Shown here piece by piece: positions 27,311 through 38,344 of a stretch of DNA of 64,000 nucleotides; the first letter of the stretch is position 1, and every line of letters starts with the position of its first letter. The notes below the pieces were generated by a model. The model saw only the letters and a program-made list of their open reading frames with translations. It was not told the DNA's origin and searched no databases. The translations under genes and the position numbers were made by a program. Origin of the DNA: an uncultured Acidobacteriota bacterium (GTDB taxonomy: Bacteria > Acidobacteriota > Terriglobia > UBA7540); contig CAWDSK010000005.1 of the NCBI GenBank assembly GCA_963804995.1, positions 352,001 through 416,000 of the forward strand, read 5' to 3'.

Positions 27311-28657
27311 TTAACGTTGGTACTCGTAGGCGCCAATATCATATCTGGCCCCTTGCGGGCGGGGCACTCCGAGAAAATCCGTTTTCACTTCTTTTAGCTC
27401 AACTCCGCTATCCACCAGGGGCGAAGTTGGGCGCAGCCGGAGGTCCTTGCCTGCGACATCCACGAATTGGGGGTCGATACCCCACAGATCGTGCGGATAG
27501 GGGGCTTGGCTGCCCGCCTTGCCGGGAGGCCGGCCATCGCTCATGGATTGCAGGTTGTATCCTACGGCCCATCCCTCCTGGGTGCCCGATCGCGTGGCCA
27601 GATAACTTTGGCGATGGTTCCCCACATCGTAAAAGGCATTATTCTCGACGGTCGCGTAAGCCACTCCCGTCAGCAAAACCGCGGGAGCGTTGATCCGGTA
27701 GAAGGTATTGTTTAACACTTGCACGTAAGTGATGCGGTCCTTCTCGGTAGTGTCAACATTAATCCCCGCCCCCAGGTCCACGAAGATGTTATTTCGATAC
27801 AACAGGTGGCTAACCTCTCCGGAGGAATTCTCGACCATCGCTGCCTGTCCGGCCGGGCTGCTGGGATTGAGATCACAGCGGTTTTGCTCAAAGGTCATAT
27901 TGATTGCCGGCCCCCAGGTTTGAAAGCAATCAATATGCGGATCAAGGTTACCCAGATCAGAAAGCAGGATGTCATGGATGCGGTTGCCGCGAAAAATATG
28001 GCCCGTACCGAAAAAGCGCATGCCGTCTGCGTCCGCCCCATCCCACGCCGGCCCGCCAGGAGGATATTGGATCGTATGACTGACGTCGTTGTCCTCGATC
28101 AGGTTCCCCCTGCCCTCAACGTGGATGCCGGAATTCTGGGCCCCATAGATCCGATTCCCTTTTATCACGTTGTCGGCAAGCTGAGGGGAATTGGCGTCGC
28201 CTTCGCCCGCCAACATGATCCCTTCGTGGTAAAGATCGTGGAGATAGTTGTTCAGGATTTCATTGTGCTGGCCGTGCAAGTACACTCCATAGCTTTCCCG
28301 CGACAGAGTGATGCGGTTGGTGACCTCGAACCCCATCACCCGGATATAGTCAGCCACGATCGTGAACCCTTGGGTCAGGGCCCTGCCGTGGGCCTCAAAA
28401 GTGATCGGGCGCTGGAGAGCGCCGGAGCGCGTTACCTTGATGCGCTCCGCATAATCCCCTTCGGCAACCAAAACTGTATCCCCCGGCTGGGCAGCGTCGG
28501 CTGCCTTTTGGATGGTTCGCCAGGGAGCGTCGGCAGTTCCGCCATGAGTGTTGTCCCCTCTTTGGGCGTCAACATAAAACGTCCGCGCCGACCCCGTAGC
28601 TACGAACAGGGCGAGCCCCGCCACGAACATCAATCCCTTGATAGCCTCTTTACGCAT
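27311..28657 (-). CDS. Secreted right-handed parallel beta-helix protein (pectate-lyase-like fold)
   Basis: Signal peptide, FYVD..GDN..GTADAPWRTIQKAA..AQPGDTVLV, Asn-ladder repeats, C-terminal DLRLRPTSPLVDSG...RPQGARYDIGAYE. Confidence 0.85.
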   Translation of the reverse strand: MRKEAIKGLMFVAGLALFVATGSARTFYVDAQRGDNTHGGTADAPWRTIQKAADAAQPGDTVLVAEGDYAERIKVTRSGALQRPITFEAHGRALTQGFTIVADYIRVMGFEVTNRITLSRESYGVYLHGQHNEILNNYLHDLYHEGIMLAGEGDANSPQLADNVIKGNRIYGAQNSGIHVEGRGNLIEDNDVSHTIQYPPGGPAWDGADADGMRFFGTGHIFRGNRIHDILLSDLGNLDPHIDCFQTWGPAINMTFEQNRCDLNPSSPAGQAAMVENSSGEVSHLLYRNNIFVDLGAGINVDTTEKDRITYVQVLNNTFYRINAPAVLLTGVAYATVENNAFYDVGNHRQSYLATRSGTQEGWAVGYNLQSMSDGRPPGKAGSQAPYPHDLWGIDPQFVDVAGKDLRLRPTSPLVDSGVELKEVKTDFLGVPRPQGARYDIGAYEYQR

Positions 28658-28817
28658 GCGCGTTGACCTCTGGCATCCGAGTAAATTCAAATTAACTCCT
28701 CCCTCGCCGATTGGGGGCCGGAGGTGAGGGGGTTCTAGTGTCCAGCGGATAGCCACCGCCAGCAGAGGCTTTTGACTTTTGCCCTCTGCTTTTTGATTCC
28801 AGCTTTCCCACGCCGCG

Positions 28818-30402
28818 CTACGCCGTCTTCTGCCATTCGGCCAGCAGCGCTGACAAGCGGCGATAGCTTTCCTTCGGCGTCCCGTCCGCGCTTATGAGCC
28901 CCCCGTTGGGGATGAACGCCGGATCCGCGAAATCCCAGGTCGAGATCGCCTGCACCCACGGCTTGCTGTAGGCGATGGTGTAGACTTGCTCGAACCAATC
29001 GGCTTGCGAAGTCTCCGCAAAATCTTCGCCGTGCCATACGAACTTCGCGCCACCCGGGCCACCGCCCCACCACTCGCTCTTGCCTACACCTTGGGAAGAG
29101 GAGGAGATTCCCAATTCCGTCAAGTGGATGGGCTTCCCAAAGGTCCCGAACAATTCCAAGATTGCGTTCGAACTCCACCATGTCGCGGCCCGAATGATAG
29201 TACTGGAGCCCAATGGTCTCGTACTCGGCCCCGGCATCCTTAAGCATCGTGAGGTAGTCATACACGCACTGCTGCCACGGCGCGGGCTTGCGTGCCCATG
29301 TAGTAGTCGCTCCAGGTTCCGGTGTTGTTCACCACTCGGTAGCAGGTGGGATCGGTTTCGCGCGCGGCCTTCAAGCCGAGAGGGTCAGCTCCACGTTCTG
29401 CTGGCGCGTAAAGCCCGTCATATCGGTGCCAGTCTCAGGCTGAACGTGGGCTTCATTGATCACGTCCCACACATGCAAGCGGCTGCGGAAGCGGCTGATG
29501 GCTTCGCGCACGTGGGACAGGCAGAGCGCCCGGGTCTCAGCAAAGGGCAGGTTCTTAAGCCATGCCGGGGTAGCCTCCGCCACCAGGAAGATCAGCGGAT
29601 GCCCCTTGACCATGATGGAAGTATTTTCGAGAGCCCCGAGAATCGCTTCCGGCTGCGAATAGTCAGGCTGCCCTTTCTGGCGCTCCAACATGCCGCGGTA
29701 AAAGGGGATGGTCCCATAATTGAGGAGCTGGGTGTAATAATCCCGGTACCAATCCGGGCCCGTGGCAAACCCGAAGGCGTTCGAGCCAAACAGGAATCCG
29801 GGACGGGGCGGCTGCTTGGCGATTCGGTACTTGGCGCGTTCGAACACCAGCGCTTCGCCCGCCCACAGCGACTCGCGCAACGACTCCATCGTAGCCCGCG
29901 CGCAGGCGGCCCGGTCGCGTCGCGCATCGTCGGCCTTATGCAAAAACTCCACGGCGGCCGTGATCCGGCCTTCCGTGGCGGAGGGAATAACCACGCCCAG
30001 CTTCCGGCAGTCCTCAGCCAGATTCCGTACCGTGGCCAGGCGATCCGCGGCGAATTCATAGTTCAATAGCAGGTCGCCACTCTTCGCGAGAGAAGCACGT
30101 GTGTATCCGGCGCCGCGGTTGTCGGCGTAAAGAAAAACGTGACCGAACCCCGGAACCCGCAAGGGGACGGCGATACGGAAGGGCTTGGCAGGTGGCTCGA
30201 AAGTGACCTGGCCCGGCGCGAATTCCGGCTCTATGGTAAAAGGGCGGAGCAGCAGATCGCAGGTGTGAAATCGCGCCATTGCCTCAGTCGGAACCGGTTC
30301 GCCGCGCTCATCCAGAAGGGTGCAAGGCGCGGGCCGTGTCGCACGAGGAATGGGCATCACGGCAACTGCGCTCATCGCGGTGATCCACTCGCGTCTGGTC
30401 AT
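28818..30402 (-). CDS. GH10-like glycoside hydrolase with Tat leader, several frameshifts at about 29160-29370
   Basis: MTRREW leader; FLFGSN, VKGHPLIF, WDVINEA; IGLQ and GKPIHLTELG...AISTWDF..GGLI..DGTPKESY are spread over three frames. Confidence 0.8.
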
Positions 30403-30556
30403 GATGAATTCCCCCTTGTCGGTTGTTTCAAAACCGTGCTTTGCCGAAACACATCTACCTTAAAGGAATTGATTTGTCCAAGGTAATCTCGGACGGGGCG
30501 GATGAATTGGGATTGGGGCTGGCGCTTATCAGCGCACTCCTTTGTTCCCTTGTCAG

Positions 30557-30663
30557 CACCACCCCGTCGCTTGGCGCGACACCCCTCCTCATCTGAGGAG
30601 GGGTGTTCCGAGACAACTCCCCTCCTGATTCAGGAGGGGTGGCGCGCCGAGCGCCGGGGTGGT
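30557..30663. repeat. Palindromic repeat family B, copy 2
   Basis: Matches 7815-7963 except for a shorter first loop. Confidence 0.85.
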
Positions 30664-30782
30664 TACGGTGGCGCCTTGGGGGCCCGGATGGTTATCCGCG
30701 GCGGGGCTGGCGCGAGGCGTAAATTTTTGGACGCTCTTGATTTTCTGGGGAAATTCGTTGCAAAATATAGCGCAATCAGAGA

Positions 30783-31445
30783 ATGGCGAACAGAGTACCT
30801 AGGCGAACATTTCGCTTAAATACGAAGACTCCCCTCACCAGAGTCAGCGAAGGGAAAAGTGTAGCGTCGTACCGGCGTAAGGAAGCGATCTTTGCGCAAG
30901 GTGATCCGGCGGACGCGGTGTTCTACGTTCAGACTGGACGGGTGAAGCTGACGGTAGTTTCCAAACAGGGAAAGGAAGCGATCGTAGCGCTTCTCGGTCC
31001 TGATGAGTTCTTCGGTGAAGGGTGCCTGGCTGGGCAGCACTTGCGCATGTCAACCGCCACGGCGATTGAAGACGCAACGATTCTTCGTCTCGACAAGAAA
31101 GTTATGGTGCGGCTGCTGCACACCGACGCAAAATTCTCGGAGATGTTCACAACCTACCTCCTCTCCCGCAACATCCGGTTTGAAGAGGATTTGGTCGATC
31201 AACTGTTCAACTCCAGTGAGAAGCGGTTGGCTCGAATTCTGCTTCTACTCGCACACTTTGGCAAGGAAGGCAAGCGCGAGCCAGTGATTCCGAAAATCAG
31301 TCAGGAAACACTGGCGGGAATGATCGGGACAACCCGGTCGCGAGTCAGCCATTTCATGAACAAGTTCCGCAAGCTTGGATTCATCGATTACAACGGCGGC
31401 ATGCGGGTTCACAGCTCACTCCTCAACATAGTCCTCTATGACTAA
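30783..31445 (+). CDS. Crp/Fnr family transcriptional regulator
   Basis: IFAQGDPADAVFYVQTGRVKL, FFGEGCL, SEKRLARILL, ISQETLAGMIGTTRSRVSHFMNKFRKLG. Confidence 0.95.
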   Translation: MANRVPRRTFRLNTKTPLTRVSEGKSVASYRRKEAIFAQGDPADAVFYVQTGRVKLTVVSKQGKEAIVALLGPDEFFGEGCLAGQHLRMSTATAIEDATILRLDKKVMVRLLHTDAKFSEMFTTYLLSRNIRFEEDLVDQLFNSSEKRLARILLLLAHFGKEGKREPVIPKISQETLAGMIGTTRSRVSHFMNKFRKLGFIDYNGGMRVHSSLLNIVLYD

Positions 31446-31710
31446 AGTTCGCCCCTCGCGAAGATCTTGGGCCAACCCAGGCCCCAGTTGAGTCCCACCG
31501 ATTATTTGAAATGTGAGCAATATTGACCAGATTTCAATTTCTGAGAGCATTAGTCTGCGATGGGGCAGGATCGCGGCAAATCGCCGAATTCCTAAAGGAT
31601 CATTCAAGCGGCGAGATGGCCAGGCCGAGTGCAGTGTGCGCTATAGTCGACCTCAACGGCTTCCGCCGGTCCGCCCCATTTTATGAATCCGCGCACCGAG
31701 GCAAAACGCC

Positions 31711-33273
31711 GTGAATATTCTTCTCTACAATCCGGACAATGAAATCACCAATAATTTCATGCCGCACCTTTGGATGTTCCTACTGAAATCGCTCACGCCC
31801 TCGGAGCACAAGGTGTTTCTCATTGACGGCAATGCACGGCGTTTGACCAGCGAGCAGCTTGTCGAATACGTCCGCAAGAATCACATCGGTCTGGTGGGCA
31901 TTGGCGCCATGACGCGCATGATCCGGAAGGCATACCATATGGCGGATGCTGTGCGGGCGGCGGGTGTTCCGGTGGTGATGGGCGGCCCGCATGTCACCGA
32001 GGTGCCGGATGAACCGCTGGGACGTGAGGGCGAGCCTCGCCACGCTGACGCCGTGGCTTTAGGCGAGGCCGACCAGACCTGGCCGGCTATCATTGCCGAC
32101 GCTGCGCGCGGAGAGCTGAAAGAAACCTATGCCCCGGTCAATTCGGAGGGCAAAGAGGTCAAGCCCTCTCTCGACGACTACCCGGTGATTCCCTGGGACC
32201 GCATGGACCTTGAGCAGTTCAACCTGATCAAGCATTTTCCCAAAATGGCGCGGCGCCTGCTATCCCTGGTTGGCATGACGTGGCAGACCTTCCAAATGAT
32301 TCCCATCGAATCAGGCCGCGGCTGCCCCTATGGGTGCGAGTTCTGCACGGTGACGGGTTTCTTCGGTGACTCGATTCGCTTCCGGACGAATGAGAGTGTG
32401 GTGAATGAACTGCTGATGCTGAAGGCACTGGAGAAGCGCCAGAAGGGGAAGATCGGGGTCTTCTTCATCGACGACAACTTTGCGATCAATCCCCGGCGAA
32501 CCAAGTCCCTGCTGCGGGAAATCATCGCGCGCGGCGCCCAGGTGCCCTGGGTGGCGCAAATCAGCATGAACCTGCTGCGCGACGAGGAATTGGTTTCGCT
32601 GATCGCTCAAAGCGGCGGCAAGTGGATCTTCATGGGCCTTGAGTCTATTGACCCGGAGAACCTGAAGAGTGTCAGCAAGGGATTCAATAAGCCAGAGGAG
32701 TATAAGGCCATTCTGGAGCGCTTGGCGCGATACAACCTCTTTGCCATTACCTCTTTTATTTTTGGGATGGACAGTGACAAGCCGGGCGTGGCGGGGCGTA
32801 CGCTGGAAGCGATTCGCTCCTGGCCGCCGGGGCTTCCGGTGTTTGGGTTGTTGACGCCATATCCGGCAACGCCCCTCTATGACCGCTTAGCTGCGGCCAA
32901 TCGCTTGACCCGGCCGAAGCACTGGCTGGAGTTCAAACCCTTCAAAATGGGATTCACTCCTCTGGGGATTACCACCGATCAAGCGGAGGCGGAGATTCGG
33001 GAGGCCTGGACATCGGCCTATGATCCCGCGACGACCGCCTCTGCCATGCGATGGTTGGAATCGAGGCCTCTGGGCGACCGCCTGATTCATATGCTCACCC
33101 GTCTGGCCTTCCGGGGAATCTACTTTCCGCAGATGCGGCGGCGGGAATGGGTGCAGGTGCTGCTTGAAAATCGAGTTCCCATCCTCCGCCTGCTCGCCCA
33201 AGCGCTGGAGCTCAGGCTCAGGCCGCAGGCGCGCAAGCGCTTCTCTCTTGAACCTCAAGCACAGGTTGAGTGA
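31711..33273 (+). CDS. Cobalamin-binding radical SAM protein
   Basis: N-terminal B12-binding domain (LVGIGAMT, VVMGGPHVT, GEAD); ESGRGCPYGCEFC; FFIDDNF; FMGLES. Confidence 0.92.
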   Translation: MNILLYNPDNEITNNFMPHLWMFLLKSLTPSEHKVFLIDGNARRLTSEQLVEYVRKNHIGLVGIGAMTRMIRKAYHMADAVRAAGVPVVMGGPHVTEVPDEPLGREGEPRHADAVALGEADQTWPAIIADAARGELKETYAPVNSEGKEVKPSLDDYPVIPWDRMDLEQFNLIKHFPKMARRLLSLVGMTWQTFQMIPIESGRGCPYGCEFCTVTGFFGDSIRFRTNESVVNELLMLKALEKRQKGKIGVFFIDDNFAINPRRTKSLLREIIARGAQVPWVAQISMNLLRDEELVSLIAQSGGKWIFMGLESIDPENLKSVSKGFNKPEEYKAILERLARYNLFAITSFIFGMDSDKPGVAGRTLEAIRSWPPGLPVFGLLTPYPATPLYDRLAAANRLTRPKHWLEFKPFKMGFTPLGITTDQAEAEIREAWTSAYDPATTASAMRWLESRPLGDRLIHMLTRLAFRGIYFPQMRRREWVQVLLENRVPILRLLAQALELRLRPQARKRFSLEPQAQVE

Positions 33274-33323
33274 AGTGCCTGAGTATTTAGGTTCGGAATG
33301 GAAGCAGAGTGCTGTGAGCTTAG

Positions 33324-33827
33324 CTAAGCGGCACGCGCTTGGGCTTCCCGGCGGCCTAGAATGTTCTCGATGGCGCAGCGCAAGACGTGGGTGAGCTGAT
33401 AACCGGTGAGGGGAGCAACGACAAAATCAAACGCGCCCCCGGTAATTGTTTGCATGTAGAGCCCGGCATTAACGGGGCGCGCCACGACGATGACGTTCAC
33501 AGGTTTGGGGGCCTGCATCGCCAGGTTCACGACGTCCGCCCAGATGGCGTCCGGCAGTTTGGGCTGGGTGAAGATCAGGTGCGGCGGGTTCGGCCCCGTC
33601 AGCAGAGGCAGCGCCTCCCCAAGACTCCGCAGGGAACAAACCTTCACAGACTGACCTTCCAGCGCCGCTTTCAGCGCGTCCAGAGAATCTCCGAATTCGT
33701 GCAGGAGTAGTGTCGAGATTTCCTCTGATGCAGGATGGGCAGGGGGTCCCAGAGGCCAGTACCCGCGGTTCTGGAAATGCCTTTCGGGCGGCGGTGGGGC
33801 TGGGGGCATCTTTGGTGCACTGACCAT
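33324..33827 (-). CDS. Atypical response-regulator receiver domain protein
   Basis: PHLIFTQPKLPDAIWADV, VNVIVVA, GGAFDFVVAP. CheY-like pattern lacking the canonical Asp. Confidence 0.7.
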   Translation of the reverse strand: MVSAPKMPPAPPPPERHFQNRGYWPLGPPAHPASEEISTLLLHEFGDSLDALKAALEGQSVKVCSLRSLGEALPLLTGPNPPHLIFTQPKLPDAIWADVVNLAMQAPKPVNVIVVARPVNAGLYMQTITGGAFDFVVAPLTGYQLTHVLRCAIENILGRREAQARAA

Positions 33828-33840
33828 TGCGCCAAAAGAC

Positions 33841-34122
33841 TTAGTGGGCGGGTAATGCTGTGCCCGGTATTCCCGGAACGTCCTGCTCTTCGATATGCAG
33901 ATCGGCTTCCGCGCGCAACTCTTGCGTCTCTGCTTTCAATTCCCTATGCAACCGGGCAGAACTGATGCCGGGTCCATCCTGGAACTTCAAGCGGTCCGGA
34001 CTGAACTCCTCGGACCGGACTTTGACCGTGAACTCGCGAGCCACCTGGGGCGGGTCGAGGACATTAAAAGTATAGGTACGAGAACTGGCAGAATTATCTA
34101 CCCCGACATACTGGATGTACAT
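33841..34122 (-). CDS. Hypothetical protein (possible frameshift near the 3' end)
   Basis: MYIQYVGVDNSASSRTYTFNVLD...LKFQDGPGIS; RBS-like AAGGTGG upstream. Confidence 0.6.
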   Translation of the reverse strand: MYIQYVGVDNSASSRTYTFNVLDPPQVAREFTVKVRSEEFSPDRLKFQDGPGISSARLHRELKAETQELRAEADLHIEEQDVPGIPGTALPAH

Positions 34123-34359
34123 ACCAGCCACCTTTCGTGATCTCAAAGAACGTGGCGCAAACTCCGTCCCCGTTGGGCAATCGGGCCAGGGTTTCGGGCT
34201 TGCTCCGGTGTGTCGCGTTGGAGGGGGGACGAACCTGGATGGCTGTTTACTACAATGCCTGAGCGCCGGCTCGGGTGCATCAGTCTCCTGATGGTCACCA
34301 CTTCAATGCGCAGAGCTCGATAGTATGATCGATATGAGGCGGAAACGCGGGGGCGAGGA

Positions 34360-34542
34360 TCAGCCTCGCCGCCTCTTCATGGCAACGTGGTCTTCGACCA
34401 CTCGGAAGACCGCATCACAAACCGCCAGCTTTCTAACCCCGACGCTGTAAAAATACACCGTCGTATGAAGGTGGTCACATTCAAGGATCGTTCCCCATCC
34501 GAATTTGGAATGGCGAACATATTGCCCCCGCGTCAATTTCAT
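34360..34542 (-). CDS. Small Tudor/SH3-like protein (DUF3553-like)
   Basis: GQYVRHSKFGWGTIL...TVYFYSVGVRKL; RBS GGGAG; co-oriented with the RRM gene. Confidence 0.65.
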   Translation of the reverse strand: MKLTRGQYVRHSKFGWGTILECDHLHTTVYFYSVGVRKLAVCDAVFRVVEDHVAMKRRRG

Positions 34543-34556
34543 GGCCAGCTCCCTAT

Positions 34557-34892
34557 TTAGAAGCGCCGGCCGCGTCCGTAGCCGTCTCGGTCACCACCTC
34601 GGCCGCCACCACCACCGCCGGGACCTCTGCCAAAGCCCGTACGCTGAGGCTTCGCTTCGTTCACGGTCAAGGCGCGGCCGTCCAGACTTTGGCCGTTCAA
34701 GCCGGCGATGGCCCGCTGCATGTCTTCGCCTTCACCTAGCTCAACAAAGCCAAATCCCCTGGGTGTCCCTGTCAGCTTGTCACGAATCACGACCGCCGAG
34801 GCCACCTGAAAGCCCGCGTTGATCACGAATTCGTTGAGTTGAGCGTCGGTGACGCTGTGGGGTAGATTACCTACAAAGAGTTTAGTCGCCAT
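34557..34892 (-). CDS. RRM RNA-binding protein with Gly-rich tail
   Basis: RNP2 LFVGNL, RNP1 RGFGFVEL, LNGQSLDGRALTVNEAKP, GGGGGRGG tail. Confidence 0.95.
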   Translation of the reverse strand: MATKLFVGNLPHSVTDAQLNEFVINAGFQVASAVVIRDKLTGTPRGFGFVELGEGEDMQRAIAGLNGQSLDGRALTVNEAKPQRTGFGRGPGGGGGGRGGDRDGYGRGRRF

Positions 34893-35185
34893 TTAATCCT
34901 CCAAATGAGGGCGGCCCTGTGGGGATCCGCCGGGTTAAGTTCACTGATAAAGTTTGCCTGCGCCGAATGTCGCGGTCAGGGCTGCCATTTTGGGCTCGTG
35001 CCGTTCCAACTTGATGAGGCGGGGAATCAAGTCGTTTCGAAAAGTCGAGCGGAGCGTGGGACCCTGCGTCCCATCCCCAGAAAAAGAGCCTGGCTCCGGC
35101 TGTCGTCTATGAAGAGGGTCTCAGATTACCCTAGGTAGGCCAGATGATCTGAATGCAGAGGTTGGCGGTCCTCATGGACTTAACC

Positions 35186-35214
35186 AGAATAAGTAAATTT
35201 ACTTGACTTGTCAA
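35186..35214 (-). promoter_or_regulatory. sigma70-type promoter for the RRM gene cluster
   Basis: Minus strand TTGACA (35214-35209), 17 bp spacer, TATTCT (35191-35186). Confidence 0.6.
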
Positions 35215-35489
35215 GCGGAATCTGAGTACGTCATAATTGTTTAACTGCGCTTAGTTAATTTTAGGAGCGTCGCGGTGAATGTGGCTCTGGTCATGCGGCA
35301 GCGCCTGGCACAACCGCAGCTTGAACAAAGGGATTTCGCGAATACTGGGTAAGTTACTGGGTCCTACTGCAGCGACACAAAACCCGGTCACCTCTGGGCC
35401 ATCGGCACATTGGAGTTGGAGATAGTCAGGTGTACAATCCTGCGCGTCTGACGGAATCAGGACGGAATCCCCGTTTATAGGAAAAGGCC

Positions 35490-38000
35490 ATGATCATTCG
35501 ATATTGTGGAATTCGAGGCAAGCATCTGCTGGCGCTGGCGTTGACTCTGATCCTGACTGGGATTTCGCAGGGCGCGGTCCCCGAAGATGTTTCGATCCGC
35601 AATGAGCAACTGACTGTTTCCGCGAACACCCGTGACGGGTCGTACAGCCTTCGGGCGAAGGGCTTGGAGCAGGCTGTGTTCGTGGCGCGCGTCGGCGCGG
35701 AAATCGATCATCACTGGGTGCGATCGAGCGAGTATCCCAAGCAACTCGCCGAAGAGTCCACCTTTCAGGATGACCTGGGCAGTGGGCATGCCATCAGGAT
35801 CACTTACAGTGGACTGGCTGGGAAGCCGGATTTGGTCCTCGTCCTGCGCCTATACGATCAGCACGCGTACGGCGACGTTGAAGTCACCATGCGCAACACC
35901 ACCGGGAAAGCGCTGAGCGTCCAGGCCATCCGCAGCGTGGAAGCTGGTTTGGTCAATCTCGGCGGGCGCGAAGCGGCGGACCGCGTGCTATCGGACAGCT
36001 TCAGTGAAGACCGTCCGATCATGAAGATTTTCGATTTGGGGCAAGCGCCCGAAGGCGTGCACCGGAGCGTGGGCAGCCAACTGATTTACAACCAGGAAAG
36101 CAAGCAGAGCCTCTTGCTGGCGACACTCACCTCGCGGCGGCTTCTGAACATCCTGCACCTGCGAGTGCAGAACGGCACTGGAGGTGAGCCGAGGATTACC
36201 TCCTATACAGCGGACTCAACGGGAACGACGGAAATCGAGACAGGAGAATCTCTCAAAAATGCACCACAGGAGGATCGGATCGAGCTGAGCTTGTCCGTGG
36301 AGGCAGGGAAGGAACTGGCCTCCGAGCGCATGCTGTTTGCCGTCGGGAACAATTATTACGCGCAACTGGAGGCGTACGGCGCGGCCATCAAAATCCTGCA
36401 TCACGCGCGCGTGGCAGCGCACAACCCCATCGGCTGGTGGAGTTGGACAGCTTTTTACGGAGGGATCAGGGAAGCGCCCACTCTGACCAATCTGCTCTGG
36501 CAAGCCCAGAACTTGAAGGACCTGGGGTACAAGTATTTCTTCATCGATTCAGGATACGAGTACGCAGTGGGTGAGTACACAACCCCCAATGCCACGCAAT
36601 TTCCCGATGGGATGCGCTACGTGGGGCAGGAGGTCAGCAAGCAAGGTCTGACCTTCGGACTGTGGACCGCGCCGTTTGAAGTGACGGGTCGCGCCTGGGT
36701 CTACGAGCAACACAAAGATTGGCTGGTGCACAATGCGCGCGGCAAGCCCATTCAGATTGGCTTCGCTGGGAGGGATGCGACGGAGCCGATCTTTGCGCTC
36801 AACACCACGCACCCCGGCGCGCAAGCGTATCTGCGCAAAACCTATCAAACCCTTACGCGCGAATGGGGCGTACGGCTGATCAAAATGGATTTCATGGATG
36901 ACAGCGCCATCGAGGGTTTCCGCTATCGGCCCAACACCACGGGGCTGGAGGCCCAGCGGCTCGGGCTCAAGATCATTCGTGAGGCGGTGGGCGAAGACGT
37001 GCTGCTCAACAAAGACGGCAGCCCCATGCTGAACGCGGTGGGAATCGTGGACATCGGGCGGATCTCCGTCGATACGGGCCACGCCTTTTTTGCCTCCCGC
37101 GATGCCGCTACGGGAATCGCGGCGCGTTACTACATGCACCGAAACTTCTTCACGAGTGATCCCGACGCGTTTACCGTGGCCGCTCAGCGTTTCACGGGCC
37201 ACAGGTGGCACACGGCGAAGGAGCCCATCTCACTTCCTGACGCGGAAGTCTCCATCGCGCTGGCTGCGGTTTCTGGCGGCATGTTCGAACTGGGCGATGA
37301 CATGCCGCTGCTGAGCGCTGAGCCTGAGCGCCTGGCGCTGGTGAAAAACCCGGACTTGCTTCAGATGGTGAAGCTGGGGCGGGCTTCACTGCCTCTCGAT
37401 TTGATGACTTACCGGCGGGAGGACAAAATCCCCAGCGTCTACTTATTGAAAGAGGGCCGCAGGCAAGCGATGCTGACGGTATTCAATTGGACGGACGAAG
37501 CCCGCTCGCATACCTTCACGCCGGCGGATTTGGGATTGCCCGAGAGTGACACCTACCAGGCCTTTGACATTTTCGATGGCAGTAAGGTTGTCGAGGTGGG
37601 GGGCGGTAAACTGACCCTTGACGGTCAGCCCGCGCACAGCGTACGGATGATCAAGATCATCGATACTTCCGTTGAGGCCGCGCCACCTGTGATCACAGCG
37701 GACGTCCCTCTCAACGCACAAAGCGGAGAGGCGGTGACATTCTCCGCCACGGTAAAGGCGGACAGTGTTCCGGCCCTCAGCTATCACTGGGATTTCGGCG
37801 ACGGCACCAGCGAGGAGGGCGCGCAGGTGAGACATGCCTTCACCGAGCCTGCCTCCTATACCGTGCGGTTGAAGGTGGAGGGAGTGGATGGCGTTGCCGG
37901 TGAGCAATCCTTTTCCGTAAAGGTCAGCGGCTTGATGAATTGGGAGTCTGACTTTCCAAACAACCGCCGCTTCGTTGAGAAGGACACGCCAAAAGAGTGA
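35490..38000 (+). CDS. Secreted alpha-galactosidase-like glycoside hydrolase (GH36/clan D) with C-terminal PKD domain
   Basis: PIGWWSW, YFFIDSGY, FPDGM, FGLWTAPF, IKMDF, GRISVD; PKD motif SYHWDFGDG...HAF. Confidence 0.88.
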   Translation: MIIRYCGIRGKHLLALALTLILTGISQGAVPEDVSIRNEQLTVSANTRDGSYSLRAKGLEQAVFVARVGAEIDHHWVRSSEYPKQLAEESTFQDDLGSGHAIRITYSGLAGKPDLVLVLRLYDQHAYGDVEVTMRNTTGKALSVQAIRSVEAGLVNLGGREAADRVLSDSFSEDRPIMKIFDLGQAPEGVHRSVGSQLIYNQESKQSLLLATLTSRRLLNILHLRVQNGTGGEPRITSYTADSTGTTEIETGESLKNAPQEDRIELSLSVEAGKELASERMLFAVGNNYYAQLEAYGAAIKILHHARVAAHNPIGWWSWTAFYGGIREAPTLTNLLWQAQNLKDLGYKYFFIDSGYEYAVGEYTTPNATQFPDGMRYVGQEVSKQGLTFGLWTAPFEVTGRAWVYEQHKDWLVHNARGKPIQIGFAGRDATEPIFALNTTHPGAQAYLRKTYQTLTREWGVRLIKMDFMDDSAIEGFRYRPNTTGLEAQRLGLKIIREAVGEDVLLNKDGSPMLNAVGIVDIGRISVDTGHAFFASRDAATGIAARYYMHRNFFTSDPDAFTVAAQRFTGHRWHTAKEPISLPDAEVSIALAAVSGGMFELGDDMPLLSAEPERLALVKNPDLLQMVKLGRASLPLDLMTYRREDKIPSVYLLKEGRRQAMLTVFNWTDEARSHTFTPADLGLPESDTYQAFDIFDGSKVVEVGGGKLTLDGQPAHSVRMIKIIDTSVEAAPPVITADVPLNAQSGEAVTFSATVKADSVPALSYHWDFGDGTSEEGAQVRHAFTEPASYTVRLKVEGVDGVAGEQSFSVKVSGLMNWESDFPNNRRFVEKDTPKE

Positions 38001-38170
38001 TCCATTGCTTCCCCCGCACGTAGGAGGTTCACAGCTTTTACTTTTCTACGCTGTGCCTCAAGTTCACGCGTACGCGAGTTGGTAAGGGTTTCATTACCCC
38101 CTAAACTTGTCAGCAAGAAACCGGGCCGCTCAGCACAAGGTGGCGAGGCCGCAACCAAAAGAGAATCATA

Positions 38171-38241
38171 GCCCTCGCCGAGGGGAGAGGGTGGCCCGCG
38201 GTCCCGGTGCACTTGATCGGGACGCGGGACGGGTGAGGGGT
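38171..38241. repeat. Palindromic intergenic repeat (CCCTC..GAGAGGG..GGTGAGGGG type)
   Basis: GCCCTCGCCGAGGGGAGAGGGT...GGGTGAGGGG between convergent genes. Degenerate relative at about 28700-28733. Confidence 0.55.
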
Positions 38242-38344
38242 CAGTTCGGAGCAAAATATTCTTGTCAAAAAAAAGAAATTACAGTATTGCAATACAGAGT
38301 CCCAGTCACACACGAATAGGAATCGCTGAAGTGGTGAATTTGGA

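Noticed and set aside
31711..33273. Specific call as a hopanoid methylase or a RiPP maturase
   Set aside because: Only generic B12/radical SAM motifs are visible, with no precursor peptide or pathway context.
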